64,000 nt of DNA from Patescibacteria group bacterium (GTDB taxonomy: Bacteria; Patescibacteriota; JABMPQ01; JAQVVF01). Made by a program: the position numbers and the translations under genes. Shown here in pieces: positions 51,313 to 59,902 of this stretch. Location: positions 4,603 to 68,602 of the forward strand of contig JBAZSC010000003.1 of assembly GCA_041662665.1 (NCBI GenBank), written 5' to 3'. Every line of letters begins with the position of its first letter. Within the stretch, counting starts at the first letter, position 1. The notes below the pieces were generated by a model. That model saw only the letters and a list, made by a program, of their open reading frames with translations. It was not told the origin of the DNA and made no database searches.

Positions 51313-52437
51313 ATGAAGGTCGCTTTAGTACATGATTTTTTAAATCAAGTTGGTGGAGCTGAAAAAGTTTTGGAAATTTTTCATGAAATTTTTCCGAGAG
51401 CTCCTGTCTATACAATTACCTACGATGAAAAAGAAACTCGGGGTGTTTTTAAGCACTTAAATATTAAGACGTCTTTTATTCAACGTTTGCCTTTTGGTGT
51501 CAAACAATACAAATGGTATATTTCAATGATGCCGGCAGCAATTGAGCAATTTGATTTTTCTAAATATGATATTGTTTTATCTGATTGTTCTGCTTTTTCA
51601 AAAGGCGTGATTGTTCGACCAGAGACTTTGCATATTAGCTATGTTCATTCACCAACAAGATATCTTTGGAATGATACGCACAGCTATACTGAAGAAATAA
51701 AACAACCAGGTGTTATCAAAAAAATGTTGCCTTTAGTATTGCAAAAAATTAGGACTTGGGATCAATTGGCAGCTTTGAGAGTTGATAAAATGATTGCAAA
51801 TTCCAAAACTGTTTCAGAAAGAATTGAAAAATATTATAAAAGAAAAAGTGATATTATTTATCCGCCAGTTGAAACAGACAAATATTATATTTCTAATGAC
51901 ATTGATGATTATTTTTTGGTTGTCTCTAGACTTCGTCCATACAAGCGAGTTGATTTAGTTGTTGAAGCTTTTAATGCATTGCGTTTGCCTTTGAAAGTAA
52001 TCGGCACAGGAGAAGAATTAGAAACTTTAAAGAAAATGGCAAATGATAATATTGAATTTTTAGGTCCAGTTTCTGATAAAGAAAAAGCTTATTATCTTTC
52101 AAGATGCAAGGCGTTTATTCATCCGCAAGAAGAAGATTTTGGTATTACAGCTCTGGAAGCAATGGCATCTGGTAGACCAGTAATTGCTTATAAAAAAGGC
52201 GGAGCAGTGGAAACTGTAATTCCTGGTAAGAGCGGTATTCTATTTGAAGATCAATCGCCTTGGAGTTTAGTTGATGCAGTTCGTGATTTTGATTCGAAAA
52301 ATTTTAATCCAGAAGAAATTAGAAAAAGAGCTTTGGATTTTGATATTAAATTATTTAAAGATAGAATTGAAAAATATATTTTTGATTCTTATCGAGAATT
52401 TAAAGATAGCAGAGAAAATTATTATAAAATAAATTAA
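51313..52437 (+). CDS. GT4 glycosyltransferase
   Basis: VHD..GGAEKV, EDFGITALEAMASG. Confidence 0.92.
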   Translation: MKVALVHDFLNQVGGAEKVLEIFHEIFPRAPVYTITYDEKETRGVFKHLNIKTSFIQRLPFGVKQYKWYISMMPAAIEQFDFSKYDIVLSDCSAFSKGVIVRPETLHISYVHSPTRYLWNDTHSYTEEIKQPGVIKKMLPLVLQKIRTWDQLAALRVDKMIANSKTVSERIEKYYKRKSDIIYPPVETDKYYISNDIDDYFLVVSRLRPYKRVDLVVEAFNALRLPLKVIGTGEELETLKKMANDNIEFLGPVSDKEKAYYLSRCKAFIHPQEEDFGITALEAMASGRPVIAYKKGGAVETVIPGKSGILFEDQSPWSLVDAVRDFDSKNFNPEEIRKRALDFDIKLFKDRIEKYIFDSYREFKDSRENYYKIN

Positions 52438-52446
52438 AAAATAATT

Positions 52447-53058
52447 ATGAATCCAAAGAATTATATTCAAGTAGTTTTAAGGCACAAATTTACAATAATT
52501 GCGTGTATTGTTTTGTGCGGTTTGGCAGCGTTGATTTATGCTTATGTAAAGCCTCAATCTTTTAGTTCAAATATTTCAATGTCTTTTCATAGAGTGAACA
52601 AAGAGGCAACAGTTGATTATCAATATGATAATTATTATGCTGGCAAGGCTGTAGAAATTGTTTCTAATACTGTTGCTGGATGGTTGCAAACTCCAAATAT
52701 TGTTCAGGAAATTTATACAACAGCAAATGTTACTCCTGATGATATTTATAAAGATGCAAAGAAATTTAAACCAAAACAAGTTTCTGCTCATCAAGTAGAA
52801 ATGAGATTAACTAATAAAAATAGGCAAGATTTGGAAAAATTATCAAAAGCAACTGTGTCTGTTATGAAAAATAAAGTTGCAAATTTGGAAGTAACAAATG
52901 AACAGAAAAATGCTTTTGATGTGATTTCTGAAGATCCAATAATTACAGAAGTAAAATATAGTCCATTAATGTTGACTTTGATTGGACTTGTGGCTGGATT
53001 ATTTGTGGGCATTGGATTAGCATTTTTGTGGGAGTATTTTAGAGATGAAAGTAACTAG
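52447..53058 (+). CDS. Wzz/CpsC-like chain-length determinant
   Basis: N- and C-terminal TM helices, GxxxGxxxG C-terminal helix; locus context. Confidence 0.65.
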   Translation: MNPKNYIQVVLRHKFTIIACIVLCGLAALIYAYVKPQSFSSNISMSFHRVNKEATVDYQYDNYYAGKAVEIVSNTVAGWLQTPNIVQEIYTTANVTPDDIYKDAKKFKPKQVSAHQVEMRLTNKNRQDLEKLSKATVSVMKNKVANLEVTNEQKNAFDVISEDPIITEVKYSPLMLTLIGLVAGLFVGIGLAFLWEYFRDESN

Positions 53059-53084
53059 TAATAAGTAACTAGTAACTGAATTTT

Positions 53085-54134
53085 ATGGAGAGATCTGTTG
53101 AGACTTCGCAATTTGCAGATATTAAAGAACCTGGAGAAGTAAAAGAAACTCCAGGTTTTGAATTTGAAAAAACAGAATATTCAGAACAGTTTGTTACAGA
53201 AGCAAATGAAATTGCAAAAGCAATAGAAAGAGACAAGCCAGTTTTGCTTGATCAAGTGTTGAAATTAAGAGAAGCATTAGAAAAAATGGTTGAATCAGAT
53301 CCAAAAGTTGAAGCAAAAAGATTGTTTGGCGAAGGATATATGGGACCAGATGAAATAGAAGCTCATTTTACAGTTCAAGATGAGAATGGAAATGTTGAAA
53401 AGTTATTTGAATATACTCCTGAAGAAAAAGAGAAGATCAATCAGATGTTGCGAGAGAAATTAGATGATCCGCAAATCAAAGATTTAATCAGAAGAACACC
53501 AAAAGAAGAATTGCGAGAAAAATTTCAGCTATTTCTTTTTCCTGATAAATTCAAAGATGGCATGCCGGTAACAATGAAAAGTTTGAATGAAAGATTTCAG
53601 CCTGAAATGACAAGACGAGGTTTAGGAAAATTGTTTGTCGGTGATGTTACTGAAAGTTGGTATGCTAAAGTTGAAGAGCCATTTTTTATTTCAGATTCAG
53701 CTAAAAAATTAGAATGGAAACTAGTTAGTCGTGGAAATATTGAAGGTTCATATAATCATGATGCTTTTGATGAAACTAGAATTTTGCGAGAATTTTTAAC
53801 AGTAAATAACTTAGCAACTACTGAAGAATTAGCCGAGGCTTGGAATGGAAAACTAGATGCTTTAAGACAGTTACAACTAACTGACGTGAAGGATGCAGCC
53901 AGACAATTATCAGAACTTAAAATTAACCAAAATTACAGAATGGATCCTTTGCAAGTGATATTCTTGCATGCAATGCAGAAAAGTTTTCTAGGAAATAATT
54001 ATACAAGAACCGCTAAGCTTTCATCAGATGGCCGCTTGGTTGATGTTGGTCGCTGTAGTGCTGGTGGTGCGGGAGTGCGTACTGCGTTTCTTGTTAATTT
54101 CAGTGGTATTTTGGGTGTTTCTTTTTCCATCTAA
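53085..54134 (+). CDS. Probable DGR target (variable) protein with CLec-like C-terminus
   Basis: YTRT..LSSDG.LV.VG....GA.V...LGVSFS terminus; last 100 nt strongly A-depleted. Confidence 0.7.
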   Translation: MERSVETSQFADIKEPGEVKETPGFEFEKTEYSEQFVTEANEIAKAIERDKPVLLDQVLKLREALEKMVESDPKVEAKRLFGEGYMGPDEIEAHFTVQDENGNVEKLFEYTPEEKEKINQMLREKLDDPQIKDLIRRTPKEELREKFQLFLFPDKFKDGMPVTMKSLNERFQPEMTRRGLGKLFVGDVTESWYAKVEEPFFISDSAKKLEWKLVSRGNIEGSYNHDAFDETRILREFLTVNNLATTEELAEAWNGKLDALRQLQLTDVKDAARQLSELKINQNYRMDPLQVIFLHAMQKSFLGNNYTRTAKLSSDGRLVDVGRCSAGGAGVRTAFLVNFSGILGVSFSI

Positions 54135-54146
54135 TTTTATTTAAGT

Positions 54147-55337
54147 ATGATAATCGGTATCGATATAAGATCATTAATGGAAGGGAAAAGAAGCGGAGTA
54201 CAGCAATATCTGATTAATTTAATGCGCAATTTGTTTGTTATAGATTCTAAAAATCAATACAAACTATTTTGTAATGCTTATAAAAAAAATAGTTTGGATG
54301 TCAGTGAATTTGAAAAATTTCCTAACGTCAAAGTTTGCAAATTTAATTATCCTAATAAGGTTTTGAATACTAGTTTCTGGTTGTTGAAATATCCAAAGAT
54401 CGATAGTTTGATCAAAGATTTGGATATTTTTTTTGCGCCAAATATTTTGTTTTCAGCCATTTCTCCTAATTGTAAATTTGTAACAACAATTCATGATTTG
54501 TCATTTGATTATTTTAGACGATTTTATTCAATGAAGCGGAGATTTTGGCATAATATTGTTGGACCGAAAAAAAAGATTAAGAAATCCGATGCTGTAATTT
54601 GTGTTTCGGAGTCGACGGCGAATGATTTGATTAATAAATATGGTGTTTCTAAAGATAAAGTGCATGTTGTATATTCGGGCATAGAGAATAGACAACAGGA
54701 AACAGAAAACAGGAAACTAGATATTAAAAATAAATATAATTTGTCGGATAATTTTGTGTTGTTTCTTGGAGCAATGGAGCCAAGGAAAAATATTGTGGGA
54801 TTGATTGAAGCCTTTGAGTTACTTAAAAAACAAGAAAACAATAAAACAAAAAAACAAACTGACTACAAATTACAAATAACAAATAATTTTCAAAATTTGA
54901 AACTTGTTGTTGCTGGTTCTTCTGGCTGGTTAGAAAAAAGAGTGAATAAAATTTATGAGCAAAGTAAATTTAAAAATGATATAATGTTTTTAGGATATGT
55001 TGATGAAAAAGATAAATCTGCTTTGTACAGTTTAGCAAAATTGTTTGTTTATCCGTCTTTTTATGAAGGATTTGGTTTTCCGCCCCTTGAAGCAATGGCT
55101 TGCAATTGTCCAGTTGTAACTTCTAATGTTGGATCATTATCTGAAGTTTGTGAAAAAGCAGCGATTTTAGTTGATCCATATAATGTTAATGAAATCTTTG
55201 AAGCAATGAAGCAAGGACTTTCTGATGAAAAGTTGCGTAAATATTTGATTGCTGAAGGGCAAAAACAAGTTGTTAAGTTTAATTGGCAGAATTGTGCGAG
55301 GGAGACGCTTAAGGTATTCGAAATGTTAAATAGTTGA
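54147..55337 (+). CDS. GT4 glycosyltransferase
   Basis: TIHDL, EPRKN, YEGFGFPPLEAM. Confidence 0.92.
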   Translation: MIIGIDIRSLMEGKRSGVQQYLINLMRNLFVIDSKNQYKLFCNAYKKNSLDVSEFEKFPNVKVCKFNYPNKVLNTSFWLLKYPKIDSLIKDLDIFFAPNILFSAISPNCKFVTTIHDLSFDYFRRFYSMKRRFWHNIVGPKKKIKKSDAVICVSESTANDLINKYGVSKDKVHVVYSGIENRQQETENRKLDIKNKYNLSDNFVLFLGAMEPRKNIVGLIEAFELLKKQENNKTKKQTDYKLQITNNFQNLKLVVAGSSGWLEKRVNKIYEQSKFKNDIMFLGYVDEKDKSALYSLAKLFVYPSFYEGFGFPPLEAMACNCPVVTSNVGSLSEVCEKAAILVDPYNVNEIFEAMKQGLSDEKLRKYLIAEGQKQVVKFNWQNCARETLKVFEMLNS

Positions 55338-55340
55338 TGA

Positions 55341-55509
55341 ATTTTTAATTTTCAATTTCTAATTTCTATTAAATTTTTAATGCATTAATTTCTAAACGCT
55401 TTCGTCAAAGGTTTAAAAATTAGTTAATTAGAGTTAAAAGCGACATTAAGGAGCTTTTAACGGGTAGTAACCCTTTAATAGAAATTGAAAATTAGAAATT
55501 AGAAATTTT
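55341..55509. repeat. Heptamer (AATTTCT) inverted-repeat element with an inserted hairpin (55433-55462)
   Basis: Arms match 22125-22260; insert is a near reverse complement of 43385-43413. Confidence 0.85.
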
Positions 55510-55511
55510 CT

Positions 55512-56639
55512 ATGCGAATTGCAATTGACGCTCGTTTCTTTGGTCCCTTTGGAAAAGGCCTTGGGCGTTATACTGAAAAATTAATAAAATATTTAGAAAA
55601 AGTTGATCAGAAAAATGATTATACTATTTTTTTGCGTAAAGAAAATTTTGATTATTATATAGTTGAAAACAAAAATTTTAAAAAAGAATTGGCTGATTTT
55701 AAATGGTATACATTAAATGAGCAAAGAAATATGCCAAAAGTTTTGAAAAAAGGTAATTTTGATTTAGTCCATTTTCCGCATTTTAATGTTCCATTATTTT
55801 ATAAAGGCGATTTTGTAGTAACAATTCATGATTTGATTCTGCTTGATTTTCCAACAAAAAGAACAACTACGCTTGGACCGATAAAATATGCCTTAAAAAA
55901 TATGGCTTATAAAAAAGTTATTAGCTCTGCAGTTAAAAAAGCAAAAAAAGTAATAACAGTTTCCGAATATACTAAAAAAAGATTAATAGAGCATTTTGAT
56001 TTAGATGATGATAAAATTGTGGTAACATATGAAGCTTGCGAGAAAATTCATCCAGAAAAAGAAGTGATAAATAAAGATTTTTTAAGAATGCATAAGATTG
56101 AAAAGAATTATCTATTGTATGTTGGCAATGCATATCCGCATAAAAATCTTGAAAGATTATTGAAAGTTTTTAAAAATTTAAGAAAAGATAATTTTGATTA
56201 TCAGCTTGTTTTAGTTGGAAAAAATGATTATTTTTATCAAAGATTACAAGATTTAGCAAAAGAGTTAGGATTGCTAGATTCTAACCAAGTTGTTTTTTAT
56301 GGTTTTGCTAAAGATAGCGATCTTGCTACTTTATATCAAAATGCATCTTTATATGTTTTTCCATCTTTTATTGAGGGTTTTGGTTTGCCACCTCTTGAAG
56401 CAATGAGCTATGGTTTGCCAGTTGTAACTTCAAAAACTTCTTGTTTGCCAGAAATTTTGGGAGATGCAGCGCAATATTTTGATCCAAAAATAGAGAAAGA
56501 TATTGCTGATGTCATTTTAAATGTTATTAATGATAATATTTTAAAGGAAGAAATGAAGAGTAAGGGCTTAGAGCAAGTGAAAAAATATAGTTGGGAAAGA
56601 TGTGCAAAAGAAACGTTAGATGTGTACGAGAGTTTATAA
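55512..56639 (+). CDS. GT4 glycosyltransferase
   Basis: GLGRY, TIHDL, PHKN, EGFGLPPLEAM. Confidence 0.92.
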   Translation: MRIAIDARFFGPFGKGLGRYTEKLIKYLEKVDQKNDYTIFLRKENFDYYIVENKNFKKELADFKWYTLNEQRNMPKVLKKGNFDLVHFPHFNVPLFYKGDFVVTIHDLILLDFPTKRTTTLGPIKYALKNMAYKKVISSAVKKAKKVITVSEYTKKRLIEHFDLDDDKIVVTYEACEKIHPEKEVINKDFLRMHKIEKNYLLYVGNAYPHKNLERLLKVFKNLRKDNFDYQLVLVGKNDYFYQRLQDLAKELGLLDSNQVVFYGFAKDSDLATLYQNASLYVFPSFIEGFGLPPLEAMSYGLPVVTSKTSCLPEILGDAAQYFDPKIEKDIADVILNVINDNILKEEMKSKGLEQVKKYSWERCAKETLDVYESL

Positions 56640-56707
56640 AGTTATAAGGTTATAAAGTTGGAGCATTATTCATGCTCTATTTTTTTTGATAAAAATATGT
56701 TATTATA

Positions 56708-56801
56708 AATTCGCGAATAGACACAAATGAAGCACAAATTTCACTAATGAATATCTGTGTATTTGTGTGATTTGTGCTAGAATAGTGCAAATTCGAGATT
56801 C
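56708..56801. repeat. CACAAAT/ATTTGTG hairpin element
   Basis: Resembles the 49500-49585 insertion in rnpB. Confidence 0.75.
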
Positions 56802-59780
56802 ATGATAAACAAAAACAAATTTAGAATTATTGGTGATGTAGCGGATTTTAATAATGGTCCGGCAGTTTTAGATTTGCGTGAAATTGGAAAAGCAAGAAAA
56901 CTTGAAGAAAAGCAGAGATTAGAGAAAGATTTGATTAATCTAAGATCATCGCAGAAAAACGCAGAAGCGAACGTAGAAAACGCAGAAGCGAACGCAGAAA
57001 ATGCGGAAACTAATGCGGAAAATGAGGAAGCTAACTTACTTGTTGATCAGGTAGGTGCAGAAAAAGCAGTAGAACAAATACAAATACAAGAATTACAGAA
57101 ACCTAAAGTTCAAGAAAAAAATGATGAGCAAATTTTAGTTCAGCATGAAGATCAAGTGAAGCCCGTTGTTTTACCTCAAGCAGAAATTGTTGCTAAACCG
57201 TTAGTGATTAAGGATGAAAAACCAAAAGTAAAAAAAATGTCTTTTAGCAAGAATTGGTTGCAAAGACAAGCAGAAAAGAAAAAAATAAGAAATGCAAAAA
57301 TAGCTGAGATTAAAAGAATAAAATTAGAAAAACAACAGAAAGAACAGGAATTAAAGAAAGCAAGAATTTTAGAACAGCAAAATATAAAATTAAAAAAAGA
57401 ATTAGAAAAAAGAGAAGCAAAAAAATTATGGCTTTTAGCAAAACAGGAAGCTAAACGTAAAAAGTTAGAGGAGAAAAAGGCATTACAAGAAAAAATATTA
57501 TTACAAAAACAACAACTAAAATTAAAAAAAGAATCCGCCTTCGCTCTTGCTAGAGCTACGGCGGACAAAGAAAGAATTTTGGAAAAGCAAAGATTGGAAT
57601 TAGAATTGAAAGCAAGACAGGAAGAATTGAGACTTAGAAAAATAGCCGAAAAGCAAGAATTAGAATTAAGATTGCAATTAGAACAACAAGAAAAAGAAGA
57701 GAGAAAATTAATTGAACAGCAAAGAAAAAGTTTTCAAGAACAGCAAAAACCAAAAGTTGATTATTTATTATTATTTAAAAATAGATTTGGCAAGAGTTTT
57801 AGATTCTCATTAATCTTTTTTGTTCTGGTTTGCGCTATTTTAATGTCTGGAATTAAGGGTTTAGATTTTTTTAGTTCTCAAGCAAAAAATACAAAATCAA
57901 AAATATTAAGCGATGCAATGGTTGCTTATCAATATATGGGATCAGCAACTAATTCAGCGACAAGCAAGGATTTTGAAATGGCATCTTATAAATTTGGCGT
58001 GGCTGGAGATAGATTTTTGAATGCGCAAAAAGATTTGAATCAATATGGCGAAGTTTTGACTTCAGTTCTAAAAATTATGCCTGGCGCATCAGCTGTTAGA
58101 TCAGGCGATAATTTGCTGTCAGCTGGCGCTAATTTATCACAAGCTGGAGAATATTTATCATCAGCAGTAACTCCTTTTAATGATTTAGGCAGTTTTATTA
58201 GCTTGCCTAGTGATGAAAATAGCAATAACCAAAAAACTACTTTAACAGAATTATTATCTGAAGCAACGAATAATTTGAATTTAGCAATTGGAAAATTAGA
58301 TGCTGCTAACTCAGATTTAAAGAATGTAAAAGTTTCTGATTTGCCTTCTGATGTAGCGCCAAAAATTGCAACAATTAAAGATAATTTGCCAACGATTAGT
58401 TCTGATTTAAAAACTTTGACTTCTTATTCTGATAATTTTTTGCAAATGCTTGGACATAAGGGCGCAAAAAGATATTTAGTATTATTTGAAAACAATAGGG
58501 AATTAAGACCTACTGGCGGATTTATGGGAACATATGCTTTAGTTGATATTGATTCTGGTAAGATAAAAAATATTAAAATAGAAGGTCCATATAATTTGGA
58601 TGGAAATTTAATGGAAAAAATAATTGCTCCAGAGCCATTACGATTGATTCAAGTTAAATTATTTTTGAGAGATTCTAATTGGTTTTTAGATTTTCCAATG
58701 TCAGCAAAAAAAGTAATGTCAATGTATGAAAAATCAGGCGGGCCTACAGTTGATGGCGTTTTTACAGTTACAGGTAATGTGATGGAAGCTTTGTTAGGAG
58801 TAACAGGCGAAATTGATATGCCAGAATATGGAACAGCAGTCAATGCTGATAATTTTTTTGATAAAACGCAGTTTGAAGTGGAATATGATTATGACAAACA
58901 AGAAAATGAACCAAAGAAATTTTTGGCAGATCTTTTTCCAGTATTCCTTGACAGATTGTCAAATTTAAGCAAGGATAAATGGTTGGAAACTGCAAATGTG
59001 ATGTATAAGATGCTTGATCAGAAAGATATTATGATGTATTTTAATGATGAAAAACTAGAAAATTTTGTAAAAGAATTTAATTGGACTGGCGAGATAAAGA
59101 ATCCAAGCAAAGATTATTTATCAACTGTTATAACAAATATTGGCGGAGGAAAAACAGATGATGTTATTGACCAAAATATTTTTCATGAAGCAGAAATTCA
59201 AGATGATGGTTCAGTGATTGATACAATAACAGTAACAAGAATTCATAATGGCGATCCAAATGATATGTGGACTAGTGTTAAGAATATGGCTTATATGAGA
59301 TTTTATGTTCCACTAGGAAGCGAGATGATTGAAGCTCGAGGTTTTGATAAAGAATTTTGGGGAGTTCTTCGACCGTTAGAAGAAGGTTCTAACCCTGATC
59401 CTTTGATTTCAAATATTGAAAATAATACAAAAGTTAATAATGAAAATGGAATTAGAATTATGGAAGAAGGCGGTAAGACTGTTTTTGCAAATTGGATTGG
59501 TATCGAATGTGGTCAAGCAAAAACAATGGTGATAAAATATAGATTACCTTTTAAAGTGCAAAAGACTGGTCAAGATGCAGCGACTTCTTATGCAATGTTT
59601 TTTCAAAAACAACCAGGTACAAAAGCGTTTGAAACAACAAGTATTTTGAAATATCCAATAGATTATTATGTTAATTGGAAATATTCTTCTGATAATATGT
59701 TGACTGAAGTTTCTGATGGATTGCAATATAGGACAAATTTGAATAAAGATAAAGCATATGCAGTGGTATTTGTGAAATAG
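56802..59780 (+). CDS. DUF4012-like membrane-anchored protein with long charged N-terminal coiled coil
   Basis: YLVLFENNRELRPTGGFMG, RDSNWF.DFP, QKQPG; single TM. Confidence 0.82.
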   Translation: MINKNKFRIIGDVADFNNGPAVLDLREIGKARKLEEKQRLEKDLINLRSSQKNAEANVENAEANAENAETNAENEEANLLVDQVGAEKAVEQIQIQELQKPKVQEKNDEQILVQHEDQVKPVVLPQAEIVAKPLVIKDEKPKVKKMSFSKNWLQRQAEKKKIRNAKIAEIKRIKLEKQQKEQELKKARILEQQNIKLKKELEKREAKKLWLLAKQEAKRKKLEEKKALQEKILLQKQQLKLKKESAFALARATADKERILEKQRLELELKARQEELRLRKIAEKQELELRLQLEQQEKEERKLIEQQRKSFQEQQKPKVDYLLLFKNRFGKSFRFSLIFFVLVCAILMSGIKGLDFFSSQAKNTKSKILSDAMVAYQYMGSATNSATSKDFEMASYKFGVAGDRFLNAQKDLNQYGEVLTSVLKIMPGASAVRSGDNLLSAGANLSQAGEYLSSAVTPFNDLGSFISLPSDENSNNQKTTLTELLSEATNNLNLAIGKLDAANSDLKNVKVSDLPSDVAPKIATIKDNLPTISSDLKTLTSYSDNFLQMLGHKGAKRYLVLFENNRELRPTGGFMGTYALVDIDSGKIKNIKIEGPYNLDGNLMEKIIAPEPLRLIQVKLFLRDSNWFLDFPMSAKKVMSMYEKSGGPTVDGVFTVTGNVMEALLGVTGEIDMPEYGTAVNADNFFDKTQFEVEYDYDKQENEPKKFLADLFPVFLDRLSNLSKDKWLETANVMYKMLDQKDIMMYFNDEKLENFVKEFNWTGEIKNPSKDYLSTVITNIGGGKTDDVIDQNIFHEAEIQDDGSVIDTITVTRIHNGDPNDMWTSVKNMAYMRFYVPLGSEMIEARGFDKEFWGVLRPLEEGSNPDPLISNIENNTKVNNENGIRIMEEGGKTVFANWIGIECGQAKTMVIKYRLPFKVQKTGQDAATSYAMFFQKQPGTKAFETTSILKYPIDYYVNWKYSSDNMLTEVSDGLQYRTNLNKDKAYAVVFVK

Positions 59781-59789
59781 TTAGTAAAG

Positions 59790-59900
59790 CTACAAATTCC
59801 AAATTCCAAACAAATTACAAACCACAAGTCACAAACTTTTTGTTTTTGTAATTTGGGATTTGTAGTTTGTTTGGAATTTGGTGCTTGTAATTTGTAATTT
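59790..59900. repeat. Heptamer (CAAATTM) inverted-repeat element
   Basis: Same family as 27991 and 38303. Confidence 0.85.
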
Positions 59901-59902
59901 TT

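Noticed and set aside
53085-56800. Complete DGR cassette (RT, Avd, template repeat)
   Set aside because: No RT motifs and no A-rich second copy of the variable region found in the window
954-59900. Recurrent repeats as a CRISPR array
   Set aside because: No constant repeat with regularly sized unique spacers and no cas genes
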